NCBI GenBank assembly: GCA_051294905.1
Contig: CM119386.1
Location: 2,046,001-2,110,000 of the forward strand
Direction of reading: 5' to 3'
From: Botryllus schlosseri
Taxonomy: Eukaryota
Length of the DNA stretch: 64,000 bases
Within the stretch, counting starts at the first letter, position 1. Each line of letters starts with the position of its first letter. Position numbers and translations under genes: made by a program. The notes beneath the pieces are model-generated. The model saw only the letters and a list, made by a program, of their open reading frames with translations, searched no databases and was not told the DNA's origin. Below, piece by piece: positions 13,980 through 27,901 of this stretch.

Positions 13980-16900
13980 ATGGGAATTTTCAGCCTATTT
14001 TCAGTGCTATTGCTCGTTTCGTCCTACTCCCCGACTACTGCGTGTCCTGCAGAATGCAAGTACGTATGTCGTCTACTTTAAGATTATGATGCCTTGGCAA
14101 ACCCAATGGCACACATTGGTTTCATCTATTTCAGCTGTTTTGGATTCAATGGGGAATGGATCGCAGACTGTGCCAGAAAAGCGCTCACGTCCGTCACATA
14201 CGCAGATTTCGATTCAAATACTACAGAAATTCATATGCAGTACAACTTTATTGAATCGTTACCTGAAGATGCATTCGCGACCGTCCCAAACCTTAAGTAC
14301 AACGGCATGTTATTTGATCACTGATTTATACGGATTCACTCATTTAATTACAGGCACCTGTACCTGCAATCGAATCGCATTGCGTCGCTTCCGCAGAATA
14401 TCTTTCAAAATCTAGGTGAACTTCGAACGCTGCGTCTGAATGCGAACAAAATTAGTGACATTGGAACAGGGCGATTTCAAAACCTCGCAAAACTGCAGCT
14501 ATTGTATATTCACAACAATGACTTGAAGGAAGTTCTGGACGACGCTTTTGATGGGCTCGTCGCGGTATGTTCAATTGTTCATGTTCAACTTCCTCAACAT
14601 TCCTTCCATATCCCATTTACACCAAAAAATGTATGGAAGTTGGCGGGAATCATTTCGATATCACAGGAATATATTATACAATTCCACCATGCTGGTCTAC
14701 AAAACTAACCAACGTTATTTTGACCGTGATAAACGCTGCCTAAATTGGATTCCAGTTTAGCCCAGTGCAGATTTGTCTTATTGCTTGAGATCTTTTCAGG
14801 TGGAGCAAATCTCGGTTGCAATGAATCCTAATCTAGCTTCAATCGGCGAAGCTGCCTTCTACAACTTGGCGACAATCAAGATGATTGATATAAGTGGAAG
14901 GTAATATTCCATATCTCGTATCTCCAATGTCTCTTACCCAAGTTCGTCAACGGCGCGAAAAGTATAGGCTACAAGATGTATTAATTTCTCGTGGTCACTA
15001 GTGACTCATTGTTAGGTGCGGTGCGGATGTGTTACTTTGTTTTACTGTGACATCGTGGGCTTCCTATACGTCCGAAAACCAGAACCTAAACAGTACTTAG
15101 TCAGCTCCCCAATCCCCTAACAAATAATACGTTGGTCTTGGGCCTCCATGGGGTGATAACTAAGGCGATTTTTTTACCTAAAAAACGAAAGATTTTGACC
15201 AAATTTTAACCTCACGTTTGTAAATTAGGTGTTTTCAACAAATTCTTAGAATTGTACTACTTATCTTCCTTTCAGGTTAGAACTGTCTTTCATTACGAAG
15301 TAGTTAGGCCTAAGCAAACTTTTTTGATCTAAAAACTGAAAAATTTTTACATGAAAAAACTATATTTCAACTAAATCTGGACCTATGAAAAATTCCAGTA
15401 GTTACATCACGCGTTATGGGAGAACTAATTAAAATTTGTAGTAGTACAACGAAAGATGCTTTCCTACATTCTCGGGTAGAAAGTGACTATCCTTACTAAG
15501 TAGCTTGAAAAGAATGGAAAAAGAACGTTCAACAGCAGCAGTTGTTGGCTGGCGACACTGAAGTTGTGCGTACACTGCATTGCTGGTGACCAGAGTAGGT
15601 CAAAGTAGTCACCGTTGCTACTCAAGTAGAAGTAGAAGTAACGACGGAATTTCTACTCAAGTAGAAGTAGGAGTGATGGCTCACAAGTAAGTCAGTAAGT
15701 AAGTTATAGGGACTTTACGCTTATTTTTGCTAACAAAACTGAAATCTGTCAAGTAGAAGTAGAAGTATAGTCTAAAATCATGACTACTTAAAAAGTAGTG
15801 TAAACAGGAAAAGTTTGCTTCAAGTACTTCAAAAAGTAGAACTGCTTCGTTACTAACCACCTCTGCTGGTGACGCACTGTGTTGCTTCATTCTGACAATT
15901 TTGTCTACATCACAATTTTTGATCATGCGCTTGTTGATATAAAATCCAATGCCCATTGCGCACGCAGAGTGCTTCAATTGCGGTGCGTTAAGCATAACAC
16001 CATGCCAACTTATTTGTGTAATTTGCCCGTTTATGATTCACCATGAGCAAATAATGGGGCGTCGTCAACGGTAGGCCGATAAATTGGGCTACAAGCAGTA
16101 AAATATCGACGATAAGTTCCAGGGTTGTGACCAAGTCACAAGTCGATCTCACTTTTGTAGTTTTGACTCGAGTCAAGTCGAGTCATTTTCAATTCACCGC
16201 CGAGTCAAGTCCAAGTCCAAGTCAGCGAGCAGAAGATCAAGTCCGAGTCATGGTATAATTACTCGAGTCCGAATCCAAGTCATTATTTTGACTGCTCAGA
16301 TTTCAGTTGAAGTCTTGTTAAACCCACTTTTTATAACTCTGTTTGGTGATATCAAATGGTTCGCAGTCATAATATACTACTTTTCCTCACTCTAAGCAGT
16401 TTCTGGTCGCATATACTAAATCCCGATAGTGTGGTTACTTTACTATTCTTCGAAATTACAATGAAATGTCGGTCTTGGCCGTCAGAGTCTCGAGTCGAGT
16501 CGAGTCATTTCCGTATTTTGAGAAAATGACTCGAGTCAAGCCGAGTCACCAGAAAATCGTGACTCGAGTCATTACAAACATGATAAGTTCACCCACGGTG
16601 CAAATATCTACGATACAAACAAAATGCAGGTTGCAAAAACATTTCAACTTTGTAAACAATTTAATCATTTTTTCCAAACGCTACAATTTTGACAAAATTT
16701 TAACTTTTTTGAAATGTCAAAAAATCGACCTACTCATTGGTATACATATGCATATATTTCTGAGCTCATTTCAGCCCACGTCATCAGATTTACCGGCACA
16801 CGGTTGAGGGGAGTGGTGTCCTCTAAAATTTAGAGCGCGTTAAGGGGCGGTGTAAATAAACCAGCACACTAAACTAAAAGAAAAACTTGTTTGGCGAGAC

Positions 16901-19900
16901 GCACACGATTCCAACTTCAAATTTATTCACGGAGTATTGCTACATATTTTCAGGTTGCCAAAAAATGACTATTCGGCGCCGGCTATTTAGGTAGGGTTAC
17001 CATACGTCCATAAGTCCGACAATATTGAAAAAGTGCCCTCCTTTCCCGATACCAAAATATGGTAACCCTAATTTAGGCGCTTACATGGACAATTGGACAT
17101 AAATTATGTGCATATTCTACACGTATCAAAGGTCTCGGTCAATATACGGCAGTCAATTATACATAATATAGGTAATAGCACACTAGTTCTTATGATAAAG
17201 TATTGGTTGACAACCATCTCTAATTCCCTGCTTGATCAGTCGAGAAAGTGATGCGTGCCAGCAAAAGTAAATCATTTCCCTGCAGTTTCAAGTGGCAAGA
17301 TAGCGTAGTGGTATGATCCTCAGCTACAACACCGATACGTTGTGGGTTCGAGTCCGACCGCGGTCGACTCCAGAACGCCTACCTAGGTGTTGGACGTTTA
17401 TCTAGGCTCCTCCTCGCCATCTCATCCGCGCAAGCAGTGTCTTATAAAAAGCCTAGAAGTGGGCCGTGATACAAGTAAACAGTAATCAGAAACAACGAAT
17501 ATCGGCCTGGTGTAAATGACCATTGTAGTCGACAAACACCATGAATACCACAAACAACAACAACCTGGAGTTTCAATGCGAAGAAAAATGATTACTACCA
17601 AGAAATTTTTCACGCTTATTACATTCGCAGTTATTTCGAAATATAAATATTTTTATTGAATAATCTTTACTGTGTGATATTTCGAAGGCGGGGCCGCTTG
17701 CCGTGATAATTCTGCGAGTGTTGCGATCTCGGATTCCACTGTGGGATGAATATTTGTTCCATTTCAAAGCATTTGATATTTTTAACACCGCATAAATCCC
17801 ACAATTCTTTCTCCAACAGTGCCCTCACAATGTTGTATTCGCTTTGGTTCACTGGACCAGGTATCCAACCGTCCATCAATCCAGAAAAGATTTACATGTA
17901 TGATATCGACACTTTGATTTGCGATGAACAGCTGGAAACATTTTTGCAGGTAAGCAAATACGAGGAAAAGGGTCTCTGCATGTGTCCGAACGATATCAGT
18001 TGTCCAATTGAGAAGCCACGAAAGGAAATTTTGTTCGTGCTGAGCTGTGCGGCTACTGTCCCAAATGGTCGAAGCGATCATTGATACTCAATTTCAAGTA
18101 GAAGTAGTGCCGTGAATTTCAAGTAAAAGTAGAGGATTGGCTTGAGAAACTGTTGAAGTAGAGATGGTAACAGTCTAAAAATGGAATTAGACAAACCAAC
18201 TTGGTTACTCTCAAAAAGTAGAATTAGATACTACATATACCCATAAGGCCTTGGACGTGTGAATCGGACCATCACATCATTAATAAACCGTATACGATTG
18301 TCGGCGTGGCAAAGATACGAGACAGGACGATTTAGCAATGGAAATATTTTCTGTTTCAGTGGATGAACCGGCCTACAAATCTACGCCGAGCGTTCGGTCG
18401 TGCAACGATGGTGTGTGGTCAACCAGAGAACCTGAAAGGCCGTTCCGTAACCGTTGTGGATCCCGCCCGTCACTACACTGTAGCAGGAGATTGCCCGGCA
18501 GAATGTTCTTGCTTCAATTCTGGTGCCTCCTACATCGCCGATTGCTCCAGCAGAGGTAAGCTGCCGTGTAGTAACTTGCGTTGTTTGTATTGTTTAAAAG
18601 TAATATATACGTTTGTGTTGTGTATAGATACTTTGATCCCACCGCGACAATATACTCCCGTGCAGTGGCATAATCTGCATCTGATGAAACAAAATTATGT
18701 AAACCTCTCTTCGGTATTATTGTGACATCATCAGTTCGTGTCGAACTAGAACCTTTTAGGAGTTACCAGCATCGCTGCATCCCTGCATCAAGATCACCCC
18801 TTCATTCCACTTTATACCATTAGGGCTGACAGAGATACCGTCGAATTTCGCTCCTGAGACAACGGAAATTTTCCTTCAAAACAACCAAATTCAAACTGTC
18901 AGTCCCTACAACTTTCTTCACCTGACTAAATTGGAGTGAGTAAAATATAGAATCAGGTTCTGTCACAAAAGAATGTGTATAACTCTGTATCCTATCTATT
19001 TTCCAGGTATCTATTCCTGCATCAAAATGCGATAGACCTAGTCGACTTGAATGCCTTCAGCGGTCCAGTTGGATTGAAGCAGCTAACCCTGAACAATAAC
19101 AACATAAGTGCTATCACCGTTGGAGTATTCAATAACTTGATGACGCTGGAAGTATGTATTTTACCTACCAGTGTTGAGAACAAGTGACTCCGCAAAACGC
19201 ACAATCATTGAATGACTGTCTGTTCGCTTTAACACAAACTGGTCACACCAGCGAATCATGAACAATGAACATGAACATAGACATGACAACATGCAGCGAT
19301 TTAATCGACACCGATTACTTGATGACTTGAAACCGGCGTGTAAATTTTGCTCCGAGTCACAAGTCAATCCACATTTCCGAAACGACGAGTCATGTTAAGT
19401 CAAGTCACTCTCGCTAAGTGACACGGGGCAAGTACGCAGTCATAAACTACATTTGTTATGCGATCAAACAACATGTCTACATCGTGTCTTTTGCAGACTT
19501 TTAAATCTCATTCAATATACCCTACGCATCGCAAGTTTGTGGCGTACAATGGCTACCATAATTTACTTCGCTACCTTACTGTGCAATGAATGTTACATTT
19601 CTTTCTTCTTCCTTCTTGTGGTAAGCGAAGATGGAAATGAAATGTGTTATAAAATATATGTGTCTTGATTTTAGATCTTGAACTTGAACCACAACAAGTT
19701 GACCAGGATTCAGGCAAACTACTTCCCATCCATGACCAGTTTGGTTCAGTTTTCTGCCAACGGAAATTCCATTAGTAGGGTTTTAGCGGGATCATTCGAC
19801 AGCATGGTGTAAGTATAGCCTATAGATATTCATGAAGTTGGATATTCTGCTATTAATCGTCGTGGGAATTCATAAGAGGAAATATATAAAAACATAGTTT

Positions 19901-22900
19901 TAGGGCCTTCAAACATTTATTGCAAATCTGCAGCACCCCGAATGTATAATGTCACATTTTAAAGTCGTGTAGGGATGTTGTTGAAAGTATTTTTTCGTTT
20001 ACCAACATCCACTGATATATAGCTGTTTCCCGAGATATAGCTTGAAAATCCGGTCAACATACATATTATCCACGGACTAATTAAAACATATAGGCTAGCC
20101 ATTTTTGTCTAGTGCGCCTCTTTTCCATAAGTTTCGGAAGATATGACGTTGTCTGGACGTCGCTACGGAATCGTGAAGATGTATATGTTTCCGGTAAAAA
20201 TTAAGTGCACTTCCAACTTCGTCTTAGCAATGGATCCTGCGTGAAGCGTTTGATAATGTAATCTAGGCTAATCAGTTTTACTGAATGCATCGCAAATAAC
20301 AAATTCGTTCAACTTCTTACACACTTGACATCTATGTTGATGAGCTGTAATGTAGAATTTATTGATGCCATAACGCTTCGCATTTATGGTCTAAGGAGCC
20401 TATATAAGTAACACTAGCTTTTTGTATTTAGGAGCCTAAAATATTTTGGCATGGCACAAAACAACTTGGAAGAGCTACCTGATGGCATTTGGGGAAACAG
20501 CGGAAATCTGTATTTCATAGACGTATCAGAGAATTCCTTGAATTCACTGCCAGCGATTCCGTCTTCTGTGTCTGTCTTTGAGGCGCGCGATTGCAGCATA
20601 CTCTCCCTCTCCCCGGGGTCGTTCCAAACTGCAGGAAACTTGGAGACTTTGGAATTGTCAAATAACAGGATTTATAGGATAGAAGACAACACTTTTGCTG
20701 GAGCCACCCGGCTGCAAACGTTACGGTTGGACGTAAGGAGTTGATTTATATCCAGTCGAAATTGGCTATTATATACGCGAAAGTAGAGAAGGGCTAGTTG
20801 CCGATAAGCTATCAAGTAGACGTGAGATAGACTGCTGAAAATTCGAATAGCGGTCTCTTAACGTAGCAATATTAACTGCTCATATGAAGCAGTGATCACA
20901 GACGGTCAAAGTCGTCAGCGTTTCTGCTCAAGTTCTAGTTATTTTTCGTTGGTGACAACACAAAAACACAACGCGTTTCGTGTAAATTTGTCAAACACCT
21001 GAAATGATGTTTAGTGTTGTCAATATAGGTGTTGTTAAACGCTGTGTATGCAATTTAGAAGTAACGCCCTCGACTTCCCCTCATAGTTACTCGTAGAAAT
21101 AACAATATCCAAGACCAGTCCAAACTATATTTCAAGTGGAAGTAGAAGATGGAAGATTTCAAAAGTACTCAAGTAAGTAGTTTCTAAAAGTAGATTTGCA
21201 TGATCGAGGGGTTGCATAAACTTTTAGCAGTATGTGTACTTTAAACTTGTATCTTCGCAACTAAAACGCATAATGATTAATGACACTATACAAATATGTA
21301 CAATCCTCGAAAATACATTCAGTTGCCGTGTTACAAGGGCTATTCCGCCGGTTCGGATCATACTTCACTGTTTGAAGTGATGCAAACTGATTCTAAAACT
21401 ACTTTCTACTTTTCAAAACCAAATTTCAAAAAGTAATCTGTGATGTCGATGTCCGAGCGAGTCATTTGGGAGTAGGACGGAAAAATGACCTTTCTTAGTC
21501 AACACAACAGAATTTCCCGTAAATATTTTAGAATCAGCAGTGTTCTAGTCCGGTATTCTGACTTTTGTGATTTGTAAAAAGTGTCCTTCTTTCCGATTCC
21601 CAAAATATGGCAACCCTACGTTATACTGACCTGCCCTGGTTCTATATCGTTTCGAACCACCGTATCCGCGTCAAACCTCGTAAAATATCGGTCGCGGTTT
21701 GAAATGTAACTACGTAAGTATAGTGCAACTATAGGCAAATCCTACTTGAGTACCCCAAAATGTAGAACTGCATGGTTAACGACCACCTCTGGTCCGGATA
21801 TATTTATGTTGTACACCCGGAATCAATCCGACATCTTGTTGCAGAATAACGCATTGGAATCGATCGAGAACAATTACTTTATCGACGCAACCAGCCTAGT
21901 CACACTCGATTTGAGCGACAACGCCAAATTGACCCATCTGTCCGACTACGCCTTCTCCGGCCAGCGATACAACTTACAAAGGCTGTATCTTAACGACTGT
22001 GCAATGTCCACCACGAACGGAAGGGCGTTCAACAGTCTCGAGCATCCGAATTTATACGTCCAGCTTGCCGGGAACCCGTGGAATTGTGATTGCGGACTAG
22101 AGGTGAAGTTTTGTTGCATTCTCATTGGACGTATGAAGTATTCCATTTATGCAATTTGATTTCACGTTTATTTATTAATATGGATACCAACACGTGTTCG
22201 TCATGTAGTTCAAATGATGACATGTGTACACCGTACAGTAGGGCTGTTCAAAAATAACTTAACTTTTTCCTGATTGCAGCCATTCACTGAATAAATTGTC
22301 AGGTTACCCTAAAAACCACTACACACCCAATTTGACTGAATTTCTACCAGTAGAAGCGGACCTATTTGAGTTTTTCGTTGATAATTCTAGGATTATCCTT
22401 GATTGGTGGATAATCCGAGAATTATCAACGAAAAACTTTTAATTTAATTTTAATTGGATCTGCGGAGTCGTATACTTGTTAGAATTGAACCAAATTTGGT
22501 GTGCAGCGTTTTTTAGGGTCACCTGGCAATTTAATCTGTGAATGGCTGGAATCCGGGAAAAAAAGTTGTTTTTGAACAGCCCTAAGTACAGTACAGTAGG
22601 GATGTTTAGAAAATTCTTTTTTTCTTCTAAATTTCAATTTCCACTAATTAAATTGTTAGGCTGCCTACAGAAACGATGCACATCGAATTTGACCTAATTC
22701 CAATCGCTAGGAGCCGTGCAAAGCGGAATTTTGACCATTTTTTGAAAATGATATAGTAGCCTACCTCATTGAATTGGGGCAAATTTGGCGTGCAGCGTTT
22801 CTTAGACGACCTAACAAATTCATCGGTGATAGAATGAAATTTGGAAAAAAAAATGTTTTTGAACATCCCTAATGTACACTGAGATGTACCCCTTTAATCG

Positions 22901-23630
22901 CATGCGTATGCGTGCCCTGATCACGTTCTTATATATATAGTCGAACCAGGTAAATGAATTCGATTTAACTTAAGATTCAGTAATCATTTAAGAATGGGGT
23001 CATTCCACCCTCTCATGTTATGTTCTACACCAGAACGCGACTAAACATTTTCTAACAAGAAATACTTACTCGTATCACCATATTATATTACTATACCATC
23101 GTATTGTTGTGTGATATTGGTCGAAGAGTTGATTGACAATGTTGCTATCGAATAAATACTTGCCAGCGTGTGCACTGAACAATGAATTAACATGCATCGA
23201 CGAATCGGTGTTTAACTGGATCTTTCTCGGTACAGTGTCTTACTGGGGGTCTGGAATAAATAACACCCATATTGCCTATTCATTTTCAGTAGGCCTATCA
23301 CTCACAGTGTAGCTCGGTAGCTGCGTATCAATCGTTATTTCGATAGCAATTCATATTCTATTATAGTGCGACATTTTACATTTCAGGACTTTTCTGACGT
23401 CCTCCGGTCGTCGCTGGCGACGGACGCTCCAAAGTGCCAAAATCCAGAGTCCGAAAACGGGAAGCCTATCACCGATGTCGATTACGTCCTCGCGTGTAGC
23501 GATCCGGAGACGATAGACCCGGATCCGGCTTCGGATCAGACCGCTTTGATTATTTCGTTAACGATCGTGTTGGCGGTCCTAGTGTTCGGCGTTGTGATGC
23601 TGATTGTACTCCGTCAGTCCAAAAAACGAA
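13980..23630 (+). CDS. Type I transmembrane leucine-rich repeat protein (signal peptide, LRRNT-LRRs-LRRCT twice, TM helix); final cytoplasmic exon unresolved
   Basis: Twelve phase-consistent exons: 13980-14059 (MGIFSLFSVLLLVSSYSPTTACPAEC), 14135-14296, 14354-14564, 14800-14900, 17820-17949, 18360-18555 (CGQPENLKG...DCPAECSC), 18824-18935, 19007-19151, 19675-19808, 20432-20732, 21845-22102 (LAGNPWNCDCGL), 23387-23630 (TM ALIISLTIVLAVLVFGVVMLIVL, then RQSKKR). About 691 codons; LxxLxLxxNxI repeats throughout. Confidence 0.9.
16992..17070. mobile_element. Very short hAT-like MITE (TAGGGTTACCATA...TATGGTAACCCTA)
   Basis: Perfect 13-bp TIR; ATTTAGG on both flanks. Related ends at ~21600-21620, 42647-42950 and ~47270. 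Confidence 0.65.
17292..17564 (+). mobile_element. tRNA-derived SINE, full length
   Basis: A box TAGCGTAGTGG, B box GGTTCGAGTCC, (AAC)n tail; 12-bp TSD with one mismatch (CTGCAGTTTCAA 17280-17291 / CTGGAGTTTCAA 17565-17576). Confidence 0.85.
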
Positions 23631-25056
23631 GTAAGCATAATCTCTATTGTCGTGTTGTCAGCGGTGAACAAAGTTGTCAGCGGTGGTATTGGGGTAGAAG
23701 TAGCAGTAACGCCGTAAATATCTACACAATTACAAGCAGAAGTATTGAAGATATTACAAAAATACTTCAAGCAGTTTCAAGAAGTAGATTTGTTCGATGG
23801 GTCGCACATTATAAGCAGGTAATCGGATGTGCCACTTTCAAAATACGAACACGAATACGTGCAATATCTACAGATACGAGGGGTATTTTTTTCAAGTTGT
23901 TGCAGCGGTTGCAATGACTCAAGTCATGACTCGACTCGAGACGCAATTTTTCGTTAACCCGACTTGACTCGATTCATTTTGTTAAAAAGGGAAAGTGACT
24001 CGACTCGACTCGAGTCAATTTGTGTATTGACTCGACTTGTACTCTAGCCATTGAGCATAACTCGACTAAGTCATGTGACTCGAGACATTCTATATGGCTT
24101 TAATTCAAGGGTCGCGTATCAGGACCCATACTTGGAAAATAAACCCAGAAACTGTCTTCCAGCTGTTTCAATAAACATGTTACGAGTTAGAAACTTGGTA
24201 ACTCCGAGTTCTTCGGTATCCCTAAAAGAGTTTCATGGAAATGAGTTCAACCTGACCGGAACGCGATAATGAAAAATGAACATGATGTCTTGGACTTTGG
24301 ACTAGACCCGTTGCTCCCATGACTTTGGACTCGGACTTGACTCATGGCCGCATGAGTGCTGATGAGTGGCATGAAAATGACTCGACTGGAATCGATTTAA
24401 AACTATTAAAGTAAAATTGACTTTTGACTCGAACCATGTGACTTAAGGTTACCACCGTGAGTTGTTCTGTCAATTTCACCATTATAAGTGATGCAAACAT
24501 AAAGCTATATATCTTCAATTTTACGCACTGCAAAGGGTAAAAAGTCATCAATTTTGCCTAAAAACCTGTTAAGCAGAAGTGGAAATTCTCTATAGAGATA
24601 GGCTATGTCCAGTTGCCTCTCTGCTCGCACGTCCGTCGATGTGTCTGAATAGAAATTTGGGGAACGGCAGTTGTGATACTTGAAAATGCTTAAAATATGT
24701 CATTTGTGAATTGACACTTTACCGCGCGGACGTCATTCAATCACGATATCCAAAATACGCTTTACCAATGATTCAATGACCAATCACCATTTCAGCTTTA
24801 CCGCTTTTTTTAGAAGCCATCGGAAACGGCCATCGCTCATCCGCTGATCGGGGAGCACACTCAAACGACCAGTATGTGTCTGACGAGAAAGGCCTGACAG
24901 GACTTTGAATGATTGAAATACGATTATAATTCTTACTACAATTGTGGAAACCATCGTTGTAGCTTACCGATCATGAAATTTCCAATGCACCAACAAGCTC
25001 ACTCTATAAAATTCGAGTGCATCAGTGGTCTTTCAATCAAGTGTGTGTGTTATCCG

Positions 25057-25400
25057 AGGGAGATAGCGTAGTGATGAGAGTCGGGGCGGTTCGATTCCCG
25101 CCGTCGGAGGTTACTCTAGGCTCCTCGCCCCCCGTGTCGTTGTTCGTACAGCGTGAAAAAAGGCGAGAATGAAGACCCAATACCGAAAGAAAAAGGGCAA
25201 GCAATAGCTACTAAAAAAGGACCGACCGACGAAGAAAGAATAGCATCGAGGAAGACTGTGACATCGGTCACTGTAGGTCGCGGTGAATGCGAGTTCAAGA
25301 GACACCAATTGGTTCGTCGTTCGGCATCCCCCCATCTGTTCATTACATCGCATTGTGTGTCTTGTATATCGCATTTGTGTGTGTGCGCCTTGAGCGGATG
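25057..25400 (+). mobile_element. SINE-related element with tRNA-like head and longer body
   Basis: GAGATAGCGTAGTG head, GGTTCGATTCC B box, CTAGGCTCCTC core; body shared with the copy at 27902. Confidence 0.7.
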
Positions 25401-25619
25401 AAAATATAATCTGTCGATTGATTGATTGAAACGAAACATTTGGACGCGGCATAATATACTACTGTGACGATATGTGAAGCAGGACTTGACCTCCAATGTT
25501 ACCCTGATGCACATTGCCGATGCGCTGTCGATCGTGGATGAGATGAATAAATAAACTTTACTCAGTCCCTAATTTAATTATACGCCAGAATAGACAGTAT
25601 AGAATACGCAACCGCAGAT

Positions 25620-25900
25620 AGAGAGAGAGAGAGAGAGAATTCTTTTATTCGTCAACCATGAATATAGTGTAGGCAATGTCCACAGAGATTCACGTCCAAT
25701 AGTACACATTTTTTTCATATTTTCCTAACTATATTCTACACGGTATAGACTGGGAGACCAGATATGACCAAAGTCTTCTAGGCCGGAGTCACCCAAGCAT
25801 ATTTGGTAGTATTAATATTAGTATGAATCCATAGGGGATCACATAGGGGAAACAAATTGATATGATACATTACCCAACTACATATCCATAGGATACAATT
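25620..25900 (-). mobile_element. Probable 3' end of another LINE with a (CT)n tail
   Basis: (GA)n at 25620-25638 followed by TTTTATT (minus strand AATAAAA), the same tail architecture as the LINE end at 38450-38475. Confidence 0.4.
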
Positions 25901-26659
25901 TAAGCCTGCGGCAATGCTTGACTAGTAATATAAACTTGTAAACTATTTTCAAATTCGTTTTAGATCATACAAGAGATTCGGTGACATGACCACTTTGACC
26001 ATTAGTCTACAGAACAGATATAGATACCTATTATTATTATTATATAAATTATTTACTACTGCGGCAACGTACGCTGCAAGCGGTCAATATATTCGTGATA
26101 GAACGATGGAGGCCGAGTGAAACCCAAAATCATTGAATGAATGAGGTCTGTCGCCATCACAAGTCACACCAGCTTATTATCGATAACAGTCCGAACACTT
26201 GTAGAGTATATACACAGCGATTTTCATCACACCGATAGTTGCTACCGATATTACGCGATGCAATAGCCAACATCTCAATCGCACCAATTTGTTTTTTTTT
26301 TATGATACAATGAACAAATCAAATCAAGATGCATACCGCGTACGTCTGTTAGATTTTTTACATCAGAACTTACATCAGACAAAACATCCAAGCTTACTAA
26401 ATGCATCGTTTAAGGCAGTGCATGGTTGTAAACCAGGGTGCCGATTGAAATGCTCAGGGTTGCCGCGTGAAAATGAGGTTAACAGGGTACAGGGTAGTGA
26501 GAGTAGTACCCGTTAACACAAATTAAGGTCATCCAAATCCTGGGTAGCATTTGGTGAGTTTTTAAAAAGGTCATCACATCACCTGTACTTAAAGGAGTGG
26601 ATGGTTCTCCAAAAGGTTCAGAAGCACTGTTTGGATTTCTCTAATTGACATTTGTCGAT

Positions 26660-27629
26660 ATATCAGTACATCCAGCTTGCAGTAGCAGAAAAGTTCAATC
26701 AGTATTTTTGCAACATTGGTCCGGATCTTGCAGCTTCAATACCAAACTCCTCCGATGACTTTCTCTCGTACTTGAGTCCTGGTCCTCAGAAATCCATTTT
26801 TCTTGAGCCGACAAGTGAAGGAGAAGTTGCGATCGTATTATCTGAAATGAAAAGTAACAAAGCAGTAGGACCCGATCTCATCCCAACTCACTTTCTGAAG
26901 CTAGTCTTTAATATTATTGGTGATGTTATATGCAATTTCTTCAATGAGTCGATACGTCTAGGCATTTTCCCAGATGCACTGAAAACTGCCAGAGTAATGC
27001 CGGTGTTTAAGAAAGGCTGTAAAAAGCTAATTTCTAACTACCGACCAATATCTGTTTTGCCAAATCTTGCCACGGTTTTTGAGAAACTGATTGACTGCCG
27101 ACTTAAGAACTTTTTTGAATTGAATGCAGTACTGTCTCCGACCCAGCATGGATTCAGATCCAACCACAACACCAACCATGCAATACTATCAATTGTAACG
27201 GACTATTACAAAACCATCAAGCAAAAAGAAAGTGGCTGCAGCATTTTTATCGATCTCCGCAAAGCTTTCGATACAGTTAACCACAGAATCTTAAGATACA
27301 AGCTAGAACACTATGGAATCAGGGGTACTGCAGCAACTCTACTTGAAAGCTACCTGGCAAACCGCAAACAATTTGTTAAACTGGGGACATTAAGAACGAC
27401 TACCAGAGATATAACTTGTGGAGTGCCACAAGGCTCAGTCCTTGGACCGACTTTTTTCCTCATTTATATTAACGACATTGTTAATGCATCTTTATTCCGC
27501 ACAACGCTATTAGCTGATGATACTCACCTCTTCATAACCTCCAACACTGTCGATGATTTGCATGCATCTGTGAATAGGGAACTCCCAAAAGTGTCGAGAT
27601 GGCTGCAAGCAAACAAACTAAGTTTGAAT
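26660..27629 (+). mobile_element. CR1/L2-type LINE, 5'-truncated; first half of the reverse transcriptase ORF
   Basis: ORF 26652-: KAVGPD, NYRPISVL, QHGFR, FIDLRKAFDTVNH, GVPQGSVLGP, LADDT, ending NKLSLN at 27629 where the transposon begins. Confidence 0.93.
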
Positions 27630-27901
27630 ACCACCGTGATTCTATTAGAAAAAGTACGCCATATGGGAAACACTGATTATTACGATGGGAGCATTATATA
27701 TTTCAGATTGGAAAATTTTCGAATATTATGAAAAGCGGTTGCCAGATAATTTTAACCTGCATTTATGTCGTGTTTAATACATTATAGCCAGAGTTGAATG
27801 GCTTTGTATCCTTTGACGAATACTAGGTATCCTAAACAACATATTAAAAGCCGTTTCAAACTTCGGAAGATGCTTGGAGCTGAGAACCATCGAAATATAT
27901 C

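Noticed and set aside
17292-17370. tRNA gene
   Set aside because: A and B boxes are present but there is no closed cloverleaf; it continues into a shared body, an (AAC)n tail and a TSD, so it is a SINE head.
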